Assembly: GCA_040954595.2 (NCBI GenBank)
Contig: CM082578.2
Coordinates: 8,045,519-8,109,518 of the forward strand
DNA from: Balanoglossus misakiensis
Lineage: Eukaryota > Animalia > Hemichordata
Direction of reading: 5' to 3'
Length of the DNA stretch: 64,000 bases
The position numbers were made by a program, and so were the translations under genes. This document shows positions 17,652 through 39,760 of the stretch, piece after piece. Each line of letters begins with the position of its first letter. Positions within the stretch are counted from its first letter, which is position 1. The notes under the pieces are model-generated. The model searched no databases. It was given only the letters and a program-made list of their open reading frames with translations, and was not told the origin of the DNA.

Positions 17652-20324
17652 ATGAAGTTCGCGGCAAACTTGAATTTCATGTTCACCGAACATGGTGACA
17701 TGGTATCACGATACATTGCAGCAAAGGCGGCTGGTTTCACAGCCGTGGAAAGCGTTCCGTATGAGGTACCGCTGGAGAAACTTGTGGAAGTCCAGAAAAG
17801 GGAAGGTCTGGAACAGGTGCTGATCAACGCTCCTCCAGGTGAATTGAACTCCCTTGATTGATTGATTAAAGGTGACTGTTTTTTGTAGCTGCATGAATAA
17901 GTTGTTATAAAACACACACCCCACCCCCGCGCCACGCAACGTCTGTCGAGGTCGGTCGACACGCCCACAAATGCACTGATGGCCATCAGTCCAACATTGT
18001 AGCAAATAACTGTTAGATAGCATTATGTAACTTTCTTACAAGTTGTTCTAATGTTCATTATTGTGACATTTGCAACAAATGTGATTTCAAATGTGGTGGA
18101 AACTCATTGATTTCCTTCTATGGTTGATTTATGTAAGATGTGACGCTTCTTTGATTAAAATAATTCATTTGTTGTTTTCTGGTCACATTTTTCCCCAAAT
18201 GGTAACCATGCACATACATGTATCTGAGTACAAAGAGTTATATAAATGTGTATTAATGTAACATTGAAATTGACACAATATGAATGCATGCACCTCTACG
18301 ATTATAGGTGATTGGTCGGCCGGAGAACGGGGTTTTGCAGCACTTCCGGGCAGACAAAATGATTTCCAGAAATCCCTAGATTTAGCCATTCAGTATGCAA
18401 AAGGTTTGAATTGCAAAAGGTAAGGCATTATTGTCATGATATCTCTTATCAGAAAAATATCTTCACTCAGATCTGACTGCATGTGTATATTGATCACATC
18501 AGATGAAGTCAATATGGAAACAATGACTGCAGTTCTGAATCACTGACTCAGCCAGCCTTTCATATGTTAGAATTTCCTGTTGATAGGAGCGTCGATCGCC
18601 ATCATCATTGAGGTCTGATACAGTGAAATTGATTTTTTCCGTTCATGTGTAGACTGACTCTCTGAACTTCTTTGAAATGTTCAAATTCAGTGAGATGTAA
18701 TTATAGATTTTCTGTGTTGATTTTACTAAACTGAATTCTTTGAAATATGAAAGTAGTTAGAATGCCTTGTCATAGCGCCCACGTCATTGAATTTCTCTGT
18801 TGATAAGTTAAATTGATCTATTTGAATGCACTGGTACATGTATTTTATATATTAAAACTAGGGTACATGTGATGGCTGGAGTCGTTCCGTCCGACAGTTC
18901 TGCAGACAAACAAACTCTTTTACAGGAAATGGAAGAAGTCTTCATTGAAAACTTAAAATATGCAGCAGACAGACTACAAAAAGTGAGTGTCATTTTGTGA
19001 TTTCCAAAACTGCACACACGTCTTGCGCCTCAGGTTGTTGATTTGGAGCAGTTTTTACAGATATTAAAATTAACATTAACATTGTATCACTTCTCTCATT
19101 GCAGGAGGGTATGATGGCAATCATCGAACCCATTAACACACTAATCAGTATACCAGGGTACTTTCTGAACACACCATCTCAAGGTTTGTACCCGACTTTC
19201 TTGGTTCTGCTTTTTCTGAAGTGCCAAAATGGAATGTTACAGCTGAAATGATTCATGGTAATCTGAAGGCTGTAAAATGGAAAACAATGACAACAAAGCA
19301 AGGCTCGCTTCCTGTTTTTTAAAGCTGAGTATTAAAAGACATACCACCCACATTGATCAAGTATTGATCAAGTCTTTTCCTTCATTCATTCATTTTGCAG
19401 CGGCTGCCATTATCAAGAAAGTGAACCACAAAAATCTCAAGCTTCAGTTGGTAATTATAATTTTGCAGTACAACAGGGAAGGGAAGCACTACATTGCAAA
19501 AGCTGATTTCTTTTCAACTTTCAACTTTGAACCAGACACATGTTGAAGTACAACCTGACCCAAGCAGAGCTGCCAGGCCTGTTATATTTTCATGTTCCAA
19601 ACCATTATTCCGAACCACTTTCAAATGATGACACACTTTTATTTCTGGAACTCTGACAGGATTTATACCATGCACAGTTGATGAGAGGCAATCTGACTGG
19701 CTTGATAAAGGAATATTTACCTATCATAGGTATGTGAACTAAAAAGATATAGACAATAATAATAATGTTAGTTAACTGTTGACTGTAGATAAGGTCGGGA
19801 GATTATGGTCAGAGATATTTGTGTTCTAATCAAACGTCCGAAAACTTCTCAAATCAAAATCAGAAGATCATAATACTAATGAACGAAAAAATGATAATTT
19901 ATTTCTTTTCAGGGCACATTCAAGTAGCTCAAGTTCCAGACAGAGGTGAACCTGATAGCCCGGGTGAAATCAACTACAGTTACATTTTTGAATTGTTAGA
20001 ATCTCTTGGCTATGATGGATTTGTAGGATGCGAATACAAACCAACCACAAGTAAGTCAGAATTTTAATAAAGAAAAAATAATTGAAAGTTACCATGAGTG
20101 AAATATGAGAAAAAATGTTGATGTTGATTTTCAAGGCCTGTACTGTTCTCACCCTAAGAAGATATTTTACACTTTTTGATGACTTCCCTCATAAAGAAAG
20201 AAATTAGCCACGAAAGTTTCCCTAAAAAAGGTGATGAATACAGTAGTGTCTTACATTTGTTTACGTTGCAGAGAAAACTGAAGACAGCCTGGGTTGGTTG
20301 AAGAATATGAAGTCTTTGAAATAA
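17652..20324 (+). CDS. HYI: Putative hydroxypyruvate isomerase, 8 coding exons, about 269 aa
   Basis: Exons: 17652-17838, 18308-18419, 18862-18982, 19105-19183, 19401-19450, 19660-19729, 19913-20050, 20272-20324 (810 nt). Motifs: [70 protein letters not shown]. Confidence 0.95.
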
Positions 20325-23300
20325 AGTGAGATTCAGCAGGGATCTGTGAAACTACAGAATGATGATTTTTTTAAGGAGGGGATTTTTTATTCACTGTATA
20401 TATGTGTTGCAGCATAAGGATACAATTCAGCCTTGTTTTCAGGACACACACTCTCATCAATGAAATACCAACAAACTAGTCTACTGGACATGGTATTCAA
20501 AGGTCCCTAATTAATAGATGAATCTGTTACATTTGAGATGACACCTACCGTCATAACCTATGGCGGTCAATCGTGCAATCACTTTCTGTATTGTACAGAA
20601 AGTGGATCAGTCCCAATATGGGTGATGTGTTATGCGTGCCTATGTAATGAATGACCTACATGTAAGAGTGCTTCGTTTAGGCTGGGTGCCAGTCATTTGC
20701 ATAACACTGTAACTACTTTATTTGGTTCTCTTCTGCTCCAATTGCAAGGTTCTTTGCTCCCCATAAGTTTACCAGACAGTGTTGTTTTATGAACACTTAA
20801 TGAGGGAAGTGCATGTACCAGTATAATGATAGGGTTTATGCACAAAATAAAGCCGGGTATGGACTCTTCCATATGTGATATTATACTGACTCGCCCATAT
20901 GTGCATATAGCGCCCTCTTCCTTACTGGTGTCATAATCTTGTGTGTGATAATTCTACACACTATACACATCAAAGAAAAGACAAAGTTCGAGATCGCAGA
21001 ATCTTTGGACACAAATTAACACATCACGCATTCTGTAGAGAAATATTGATGGTCATCACAGCTTCCAAATGGCATGGGGGGAAACTGAAAAACAAGTGTT
21101 TGAATTTGCTTGTTATCCCCTTACAAAAATACTGATTTTCATTTTTCACAAATTCCCATTCTCACAATGTTATGTAAACACACGACTGCTCTTAATGTGT
21201 CATGAAGGAATTTAACAGGTGGGCGTTTATTGACAGCCAGATGATGAAGGCAAAGATTTATATGCAAGCAGTTTAAAATAAGAGTACACAGACCAAACCA
21301 ATACCTACCTCATTGAGAAACACCATATATTATTATATCATGGCACATGCATGCGGACTCACACACGTATACATACGTACATGCATACACACACACCAAG
21401 GTACATGTACATCCATAAATGGCATATATATACACCTTTGACCACTATAGCCTCTCCACACAAACAAACCATGTCACCCAAAAGTGATTCATGCAAATAC
21501 AAGAAATTAACAAAACAAATTGTTGAATTTAATCAGTGTTTTTACATAAAACAAATTACATAAATATTACAAGATATGAATGAAAAGGAAAGACTATGCC
21601 AACAGTATGCCTTCATATCTCTAATTGGGTAAAAACGTATACATATTCATCTGGATCAGCAATTGTGTGAAATTCATTAATACAAAAAAATATTACAGAA
21701 ATATACAGCACTGAATATGAAAGGATAGGACAACCTCAGTAAAAGATACATGCAATATAAAAATAAGGAGCACGTCTGAAAAATGTTAAAGTCATTATCA
21801 TGATACACATTTCAAATCAATGCTTTAAGCTGCATTTTAAAGATTGGATCCTGCTTTCTCACAGCAGTTCTTGTTAAGTATAAAATATTGCAAGGATGAT
21901 TTAAAAAAAAAACACCCAGTCAGTACTAGAAAGGAACAATTCATTTCTATTAAGTGAATGAAAGCATGAATACTGGAGGATTTCAATACAAGGCTTTGTG
22001 AATGAGTTGCTGCCTCTACATACGTGACAGGCATTTCATTTGTTCATTGTCTGTCTGTTACTTTAACCTTGTCAACCGTAATGCCCAGTGCATGGGTCAA
22101 ACCAGCCGCTGGGCTATACCAAAAGAATGACCGTGTCAGAAAGAAATAGGAGGGTCATCGAAAGTCAATAATGTCACAGAGTCTTTGACAATGCCAACTA
22201 TGTACATTGCACAGTGGTAGCTTGCATATGCCAGTGACGTGTCTACGGTCACTCTACCGTAATCTGTCAAGCCTATATTTGCTGAGATCAGCGTTCTCTA
22301 TTGGTGTGGCTGTGAATTCAAAATGGTGGCAGCTAGTACAGTTAATCCATGCACACACGCACACACAGTGAAATAGATGTACCCCTTTGGTATATGTGCG
22401 TGTAATTACAGTGCGTAAGGGCACAGCATGGAAAGACACCAATGACATGATATTTTTATGACATTCATTAGATTTTTAACCCATGACCCCAAAATGGATA
22501 ACATTTCACTGAATTCACTTTAAAATGGCAGATCTCCACCGTAATGTTTGAATTTTTCTAACAATAACATGAGAGTTGATATTCAGGTGTCTTCCTGACA
22601 GCAGAATTTGAATTATTGTCTATTATGATTGTTCAAAACAAAACCTTAGTCTTCCATCTCAAATCAGACAAATTAAAATATACATAAATTCTTGTGCCAA
22701 TAAATATAGCTTGTTGAACTTTGACAATTCCCTGCAGTTGGCATTCTAGGGGACTCGTGTCGAACAGACTGGAAAACATTCACTCATTAGCAATGGAAGT
22801 AGCAGCATTTTTAATGAATATCAAGTGACATTGAAATGTTCAAATAAGCACTAACTACTATAGACCTCTATTTCAACTAAAGACAATATTGTTTCCTTGC
22901 CAGTTTGCAGAGAAAATTTGCATATCACACTATAAACCACCATGCGCAAGACAGTTATTATTTAAGATTAGGAAGGCACATTATTTCATGGCAAAAAACA
23001 AACCCTTCACCTACTTTACAAGTTACATTCAACTTCCAACTATTATACTCACTTGAAAAAAAAATACTTTTGTCAGATATTGCTCAGACTGCAATTGTAA
23101 CAAATAGCTATTTGAACACAGCATAACACCTTGTTTCCCAAATTTTAACTATGTGTGCTGTTTTTACAATGCACCAAATAATAACTATCAAATCTAGGTC
23201 TATTACATGATTGGTTGATTTTTATTAAGTAAAAGAGATTTCTAATTCTCTGATTGTACATTTTGTTGAGTGGACGGCTGCCCACTTGTCACCGTGTTAC

Positions 23301-24810
23301 ATTAGACATTGCACCCATTTTTGTGACCTTCATGTGACCTTAATAACGTTTTGCATTCCATTCACCAGCGTTCCATCAACTTGCACTGGAACACTGACGG
23401 AAGTATCAGAATGTAGGGTCACTAAGGGGTCATGCACATAGCCGAGTGTGTTTGAGATGATTTGACCAATGCAGAGCCAAGTTACATTTGCTTGAAATTT
23501 AGATATAAAAAGTTAATAGAAATATACAAAAAAAATACTCTAATTTGCATAGCGAAGAAACATTACCAGTAAAACATCACTTGGATGTGTCAACATTAGT
23601 TGAAAACACAGGTATTGATTGTTGGGCATAATATTCTTTTTTATACAAAGATATCTTTTCTATGATAAATATCAGCAAGAGGCAGTCCAACTTGTCCCAA
23701 ATTAAGAAAAATGATCATTGTTGTACTAATCTGCAGTGTAATTTATATATTTCAGTATTTGTAAGTCACAACAGTTCATACAAACATGAACACTAAAAAG
23801 ATATGCATAATGTCACTAAGGAAGGCCTGGTTATGCTCCGAGATAATCTCATATATAGTAATATAAAGTATACATACAGACAGCTAGCAAAATATTATTT
23901 AAAAAATGCATGACTTTTTTTACAAACACCACCCATTTACATGTTTGGCAGGATGACACTGTCCCTACTGATGATGGAGTCAATTTATTGAAAGGTAATA
24001 TATTTAGCATATTATGCAGGACCTGCATATGTTACATTTTCATTTTGTGATGAGGTACGTGTATAAATACAGTGCATTGTCTGTGTGTCAGTTTTGACAG
24101 AAATCCCAGAATTACACATCTATGATTATTCAGCTCCACTGAGTCATCAAGCTTGAACAGAGGGCACAGTCACTGGGTAACAGAAGTGGGATTTCAGCAT
24201 ACATATATTGCAACTATTATATACACTCTGTAGTAGTTTATTGAGAACAATTCTATGGAGAAAATGTTTCTAAATTTTATTCCTTCCATGCATTAGAGAA
24301 ACAGCCAAAGTACATTGTCCGATGCATGCGATTAATTATTAAGCAGAGACCATTTCACACAGTTGCCAATCCAAAGTTTCTGCTATAAAATGAAAACATT
24401 TTAAAAAATACTGAAGAATACATATAATCAATGCCCCCCCTGAATATGAATATCCCACATGCATAAATATACAAAATGTATTGGACGCAAATAAAAGCAA
24501 CTATTGGGGCTCAAGATTTGCAAGAACCATGAACCCTTTGGTGACACTATTTATATCCCATAATTTTAGTCAAGGATATTATTACATGCCGTTCAAAGCG
24601 TATTATGTAGCATTAACAACATATCGAGCTATAAAGCAAAAGCTGCAATGTTAAATGCTGTCTGCCAGCATTTCTATAATGACATCAAAACAACACACGG
24701 TTGTAGCATGAGTTATGCCATTTCAGCGACAAGCTTTGCTCCAGTTCAAATCTGTAAGTTACATACTGGTTTTATTATAAAACCACTCTTGGTTTTCGTG
24801 ATTGACAGCT

Positions 24811-32570
<7,760 letters not shown>

Positions 32571-35500
32571 GGCGTATCTGCCAGCAGTAGCACTGTTGTG
32601 TTCCTAGAAGCGCTAGCAGGTTGTGTAGGTGTGCATTGTCAGCAAAGTATGCAAATTTCAAACTGAAGAGCGCCACTCACGGCCTAGTCCTATCCAAACG
32701 TACGCAACGCAGAGGTCATTTGAGGGGTTGTTTGGTGTCAAGGCAACTCGCGCCTCCTTTATGATCACGTAATGCACTCACGATTAGTAAAAACAGTATA
32801 GTAAAACTGCCTTTTTCGTCAGTTCACAGTCCCTCAGGAAATATTGGCTGATACAAGTTTGTACACGTATGGTACCGTGGTGACGCGAGTCAATGATGAT
32901 TCAATGCGGTTGATTGAGTCACCAATGGGGAATTGAGCAATTGTTTACTGGCCAACTAAAGAAAGAATCTTTTATCGCGGTTGCAAATACGAGCGCAAAA
33001 TGCTACGGGGCTTCCATAGTTGATAAAAGTCTTTCGAAATAAACCTGTTCACAAGTACAATTGCTAAAAGACGAAGGTGGTATCGATGAACACATTGGCT
33101 AGTGGGCACTTTATAAAACTGGGCATAAACTTAAGTTGGGTGTTAGGAGGGATTGATACTCACTGTTTTGGATCACTTGCAATGAAAGCATATCTGGGCA
33201 TATTTTTTCACAATTAAGTTTACAGTACGATGTAATATTAAGTGCTCATTACGTTTTCATAAAAGCCCAGCAACATGTAAAGGTACTATTAAAAACTGTA
33301 GATCGACACCATACGCGACCGTATTCTTACTTTTACAACTTTGGAAAAATGTAATAGGACAAGAAAATAACACGTTAAAACGGCGGTCACTTGCATGGGT
33401 CAAATTTCTACTGTAACACAATGACCTTTTATTTATTCCAAATGAGTCAGCGGTTGACACACTTTTTATGCACAGTTTGCATTTTTAATTGTTGTGTGCA
33501 CAGCTGAAAATCAAAAGTTCCGTGGACAGACAAAAGGAAATGCCCACGTCAACAAATGTGCGCTTCCAAGGCTGTCTGTAAACAATTATACCGAATATTC
33601 CATATAGGCGTATAATATTGTGTTGACAAGAAAAGCGGGCCGAACTTTTCAATTCACTGCACTGAAAGTAGACTAAGGCCTAAACCAAACCACAGTATCC
33701 AGAGGCGACTAACTAAAAGTTGACTGATTTTATACTCGGACGTAAAAGTTTTTCTTCAATACTTGACAAATCTCTGTACTTATTTTTTTAGCCCATGTCC
33801 TGTCTTATCAGTTGCTAATTCGGAATACAAGCTATCGAGTTTCCCGTTAAGCACCTGCTAATTACTTAATTTGCGTACCCCATCCAACGATTAAGTTGAC
33901 AAAATAAACATCCGTGAACCAGTACTGTCATACCCAGTATAGTACACACGTACACAGTGTGCAGAGAAAGGGGCAATCGGCAGCGCCCTCTTACGCCGAA
34001 TGAGAGAAACGAAAGGATTAATGGTGACTTATCACTTGTGTTGAACTGGTTGAAAGTAAATAATATGTGCGTTTTCCAAATTTTTAAAAAGTTATTTACA
34101 TCAGCATATGCAATATGCAAGTTTGCAAAAGAAAGCTTGACGACAAAATATGACTAATTAAAATGTTATTAGTCAATGTTCATGCAAAAGATCTGGGTTG
34201 AGTGGGGTTCAGGAGCTACAAAGTATAATGCCAGTGTTTGCCAACAGAAAACCAGAATGCGACAGTCTCGATGCGAGTCTTAATTTTTGATATGATGAGA
34301 GTTTATTCTCAGAAAGCAAGGTGTATGTGGGTAGGAATCTTTAATATCCTTGCAGAGTTGCAAAATACAAAGTTTTAACAAGAGAAGAGTACACCTTGAT
34401 CAAGAGTGCCACATTGTACAGCATTACCATTACTCCAGAAAAATGAAATATTCTATCAGGAGTCTGGAAATAGCATCATTTCTCACACCACACCCACACT
34501 TCGCATGGTTTTTCAATTGTTTTCTGAATCATGGAGCAATACTGAAGATGTCAACATATCAGCAACCTGAAACTTCATTGCTAGCAGACTATACTATACA
34601 AAAAAATAACCAATTTTTTCCTCAAATGAATCTCACTATCAATTGTAAATTGTATGAGACTTGAAAATTTTGTCCTTTACACCATTCCCAATTAAGATAT
34701 GGTCATTGAGGATAAAGTCACACATATTATTTGAGCAACAACAAATCCTTATGAATCAGGTCCATCAGAATTTGATAGTTCTATAAAGTCAACTGAAGTT
34801 GGGCTGTTGGTCTTTAACATTCTTTGTAAAAAATATTCCTTAACTATTAATTTTTTATATCCCTACAATTACCTTGCATGCTCACAACACCAACTATGAT
34901 GGATAAAATAAATATATTTAAAATTAAAATGCTGTTACATGAAAATGATAAAAACGTTCATTCAAGGTAACCCTGGATACAGTTACTGACAGCTTGTGCA
35001 ATCCATGGATGTGTGGATGGAAAACTTGGTGGCAGCTGCCTGTCGATTTAAAATGGCTGTGGTGATTTTTTGGATTTTCCCACACTACACTAAGTTGTGT
35101 GACTGGTTAGGAGTCATGATGCTCATAACTACATGTCATAACCATCAAGATGGTTTTCTTTCCTGTCCTGAACTGAAGCAGCCCTACTTCTAGTATTAGA
35201 GCATAACATCCTGCACACTTCTTTATTTTCTCACAATTAAACTAATCACCTGCAGAACATGGACGTTTCCACCTTTTTATGATTCAAGATCCAACCAATC
35301 TGAAATACATCTGACATTTACTTCCTCCTGTAGATTAATAACCATCACTTGCAATTCAATTCATAAATTCATTTCATATTGCAAAATCTGTCACAATAAA
35401 GTCTGGATTGTGCAAACACAAACGTAGCACAAAGTTGTAATGCAAGATAACCTAAATGAATTTTACTATGTCAAAAATATCACAAAGTCTAAAACCTTAC

Positions 35501-36012
35501 TTAAACTTTACACCAGGCCTTAAGCTTCGTTGGGTCAGTGGCAGAACTGAATAACTACAAACAATATGCTATACCTGATTTACAACTACACTGTAAAAGA
35601 CCTTGCTTCACTCTTAGTGAAATCACCATTGACAGCCACTGCAAAAATAATATCATCCACCTGACAACAGTGTTGAAGTATTCATCATGGCATTGCAAAT
35701 ATAAGTCTACTGTAGTCATCGTCAGTAGCAATTCTATGAAAACAATAATGCACTTAATTCATCCAGTAAAAGCTGAAAACATAAAATTAATAATTACATG
35801 TATTTCTGTAATAGATTTATGGTTACTTATTATACATCTATATTTGCAAGATAATGTTAGTCTTTTATACCCTTAGGTGACAGACTAAACCTTGAGCAAT
35901 GAAGTGACCAATATTCCAGCACAGAATAATTGGCCTTATCTGAAACTTTCTTTATTTTCTGCAAGCGTGTTCTTTGAGTCCAGACTGGCAGGGCTGTGGT
36001 TCATCACTGAAT

Positions 36013-38479
36013 TTACAAATCCTTCTTGCTGTCTTCTGCACTTGCCATCTTTTGCTGCAAATGAACATGAAATGATGTTTTAAAGTGATCATCTTGAAAG
36101 CGTCTTGGGTGCTGGGTTGTGGCCATCAGATAATCATATATGATGGTGAAACTGACCACCATTGTGAGGTCATTCAACTGCTGATTAAGTCTGGTAATTT
36201 CAAACAATTTTATTATCAAATTTTTCATATTAATTGTTAAACGTACCTGTAAATCACTGTGCTCTTTCAACAGCCTATCATATTCCTTATTTGTACCTTC
36301 GGCTTGTCTCTTCAAAGCCATCAAGTCAGCCTCAGCTTTAGCAGCAGCTATGAAAAACAATTGTATATATGCAAAAATCAGCCCAAGTGAGAGAATTATT
36401 TTTGATGATAGACTAAAACAGCAACTGAAACAGCAAGATGTCTGGAAAGGAATTTGTTATGCACCACGTCACCAGTGAAACTGATGGCCGCTGACACGAT
36501 GAGCATACATACCCATATAAATAAATAAATAAGCCATTGCAAATAGCACAGTTGTCATTACATTGTACACATAGACATGAAATGAATTGTTGATGATCAA
36601 ACCAGTGGTTGACTTGACCAACTGGAAAACAGTCATATAATGTCTTTTTTTCAGATTTCAGTACAACATTTCAGGTTTATCTAAAATATGGGTTTAGTAC
36701 AGAAAAACACAGAACACACTAAACACAGCAAATTCAATACGATGATGATAGTTTAACATATAGCTATACGAGTGCTTGGGAAGAACAGATCCATATCTAC
36801 AGTACATGTAATCATTGTTTCTTTCACCCCTATCCAACGCACAACCCGACAACATTTCTGAGAAAACTGCAGAAATCCCCAAACAATACAGTAAGTAGCA
36901 CACTGACCAGCTTTAGCTTCCTTCAGTTCGTCCTTGACTACGGCCAATTCCCTGGTGGCCTCACTATCAGCCACTGCAGCGACCACCACGTCGGCCATGG
37001 AACCTGAACGGGACCCTTTGCCACCACGATCCTTCATCTCCTGTGCACAATAAGCAATTTATTCAACAATTATTGCCTGAAAACATCATTAATGTCATTT
37101 ACTGACAATCCATTTTGAAAATGAGTGAAATTATGTTGATACGAATCTCGAATAATTACAAAGTAATGACTTGTCTCATTATTGAAATCACCTGAAAAAA
37201 TTCAGTTACACTGTTGGGACATGGGCAAAACAGACAATGTTATTTTTAACAACATACTCTTTATATGACTGACAAGACAGTAAACACAAGATACATTTTG
37301 TATGGTACAACTTTTACTGTGGTTCATCTTACTGACCTTCTCTAAGTCTTCCAACTCCTTCATGGCTTTCTGGGCCTGATCACTGGCACTTAAGGCCTGT
37401 TTCAGGGATGCTTCATTTTGTGCCATCAAGACAGCTTGTTGCGAAATCAATGTACACAGGCGCTTCAACACTCTATAAAGAAGCAAATGAACGAGCGCTT
37501 TGAGAAATTTATTTTCAGGCGATCGCAAGCACTCAAATTTGATAATCCTTCAATTCAGATCAAAACTTTTCTTCTTTAGACCTTAGCTGTCTTTTCTGTG
37601 TTCCATCCATTTCAGTATTTTGGATTACTACTGCATGAACCATGTAATATTGTACCATGTAATTAAAGACTTAATAGTTCATATCTAAATGCATATACTA
37701 ACAACACATAGTTGTGAATCACATATGTTATACTTGTGGTAATTCTGACAGGCTTGGAGACAATATTTAGTGCCTGTGGGAATGTATGGCCTTTTACCAC
37801 TGATACTTACAGCCACAGAAAGAATGCAAATCCTGCAATGTACAGATTTCTCTGAGACCGGAATAGCTTCATATGCATGGTCACTTCAGCCTGTGGGTTG
37901 TTCTTTAGATCTACCTGATCGGTAGACGACACAGAATATTTGCGGACATCACGAATCCCATCTTTAAGAGAAAAAATAATTTGCACATAAGCAAATAAAA
38001 AAATTGCACATAAGCTGCCATCCCTTCACATGTTAAGGACAAACTATGCTCTATTGCTGGCTTGACTGGAACAAACATCTACTCAATTTTGGTTGAACTT
38101 ACCAAAAAACAACAGCAACAAAATGGCAATGAAAACGTTGAAATAGATATGTCCATATGAAGTAAAGATTGCCATAAGCCTAGACTTGAATAACTTCTGC
38201 CACCTAACACAAAAAAACAGGAGTTAAAAGATATGAACGCCATTATTCAAAATAAACATACTGATGTTCAAAAGTGAGTGACTTTGAGAATTATGTGAAT
38301 TTGATTTTTAAAGCACATGCTACCTTAAAATAGCTCAAACAAATACATTTCAAAACTTGTCACCTACAAGAGTGACATAAAACTTACATCTTTGGCCCGA
38401 TGAATGGTAAAAGCAGGAACATTACCAACACCACTTCTGTGTAGAGAAAGCCCGCAACTAGTGTCCATTGTAGCGTCAT
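36013..38479 (-). CDS. BCAP31: B-cell receptor-associated protein 31/29 family ER membrane protein, 7 coding exons, about 251 aa
   Basis: Exons: 38479-38388, 38203-38103, 37961-37811, 37472-37337, 37040-36908, 36347-36247, 36054-36013 (756 nt). Motifs: MTLQWTLVAGFLYTE, WQKLFKSRL, HMKLFRSQRNLYIAGFAFFLW, ALKRQAEGTNKEYDRLLKEH, and a C-terminal KKXX (KKDL). Probably co-orthologous to BCAP29 and BCAP31. Confidence 0.94.
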
Positions 38480-38853
38480 CTTGTTTTACAATTTGAGAAC
38501 AACTTTTGACCTGTCAAGAAGCAGATTATCCCATTAGTCTCCAAATATCTGTGCATACTTTTATAAAGGCCCATATTTGATGGGTATTTCAAGAGACATA
38601 AACAAATATGCATTTTGTCTATGCACAGAACTGTTCATAGAGAAACAAAGGGTCAGCTGTGCACAGCAAAAAAAATGCAGACACGTTCAGGAATTGTAAT
38701 TCTCTGTCAATTATCAATTGTCTGTCAATACAGAGGAACCAGTGATTGTTTACAATGATCAACCATTATTTACACAGCGGTCATGTGACATGCATTTTTG
38801 TCAACCTTTGGAAAATCAATTTTCACTTTGCAAAAATGCTGCATGGTTCTGGT

Positions 38854-38904
38854 TAGCCCGGAGACCAGGGCCTCGATCTAGAATACGCCCTGGTCTCCGG
38901 GCTA
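38854..38904. mobile_element. 51-bp minimal non-autonomous DNA transposon with 18-bp perfect TIRs and a 9-bp TSD
   Basis: GGTTCTGGT|TAGCCCGGAGACCAGGGC-15 nt-GCCCTGGTCTCCGGGCTA|GGTTCTGGT. Confidence 0.85.
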
Positions 38905-39679
38905 GGTTCTGGTTGAATTTCGTGCCACAACAACTTTTGGTAACATTCTTCATGTTGACAGATATCTATAGATGTAAATTGAATCTTAAAATATGTTGTA
39001 AAGCTTGGTGTACAGAATGATTGTCATTAATTTGACAAATATAATTATTGCAGTGCATATGTTTGGATGATGGAACTTGTACAAGTTTGTATAGGGCCTC
39101 TCACATGCAGTGAGATGCCCGACTATAGTTTCATCATTCAAATATGTCCTCTCTCCCTGAAAATGAAACACGTACATATCCATGCATTATTTGGTGAAAC
39201 AGCGAAAAAGAAAAGCTGGCTATCAGACGTTATATTAGTCTGGTCTACAGACCCCAGTGTGTTTAGTCTATGTACCAAGGTACATCCATGGTTTCGTACC
39301 TATTTCAACTTCGTTGGAAGTGACGACTTGCAGACTGCAGTGTTCGTCCGACGATCCGTTTTCGACAGTCTTGTAGTTAAAATGCTAATGTCACCCAATA
39401 AACATAAACTTATAATGCAGCGTATAAGATGACATCGCCTAGAAAACGACACGTATCTTTAATTCTTAAAAACTCATCATCACGAGTCGAGTCGAGTCAC
39501 TCAATCTGTACAAGCGTACATAATGTAACTTACGACACGTCATCCTAAACCTTCTGCATCTGCACACTTCATTCGATTGACATTTCGCTTCTTTATAAAT
39601 TAGTTTTAAAATTGTGACATCTAACATTTATATTACGCCCAAAATATGTTTTTCGAAAATAAAACGACCCCTGCTTCAT

Positions 39680-39760
39680 ACATACCTTCCAGTTTGGTAT
39701 TTCCGGAAGTGAGCTGACGTTTGTTTCTGACCTGTGATGTCATCAGGTCACGTCTAGGTT
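39680..39760 (-). promoter_or_regulatory. Putative BCAP31 core promoter and non-coding first exon
   Basis: A minus-strand donor AAG|GTATGT lies at about 39685. An ETS-like TTCCGGAAGT is at 39701-39710, with CRE/ATF-like TGACGT and TGATGTCAT just upstream. Confidence 0.45.

Noticed and set aside
17567-18023. Minus-strand ORFs of 139 and 105 aa
   Set aside because: They are antisense to the GC-richer HYI exon 1, with no motifs or supporting exon structure.
19625-19656. ATGATGA...CTGA resembling box C/D snoRNA motifs in a HYI intron
   Set aside because: It spans only about 32 nt and abuts the acceptor, which is too short for a snoRNA.
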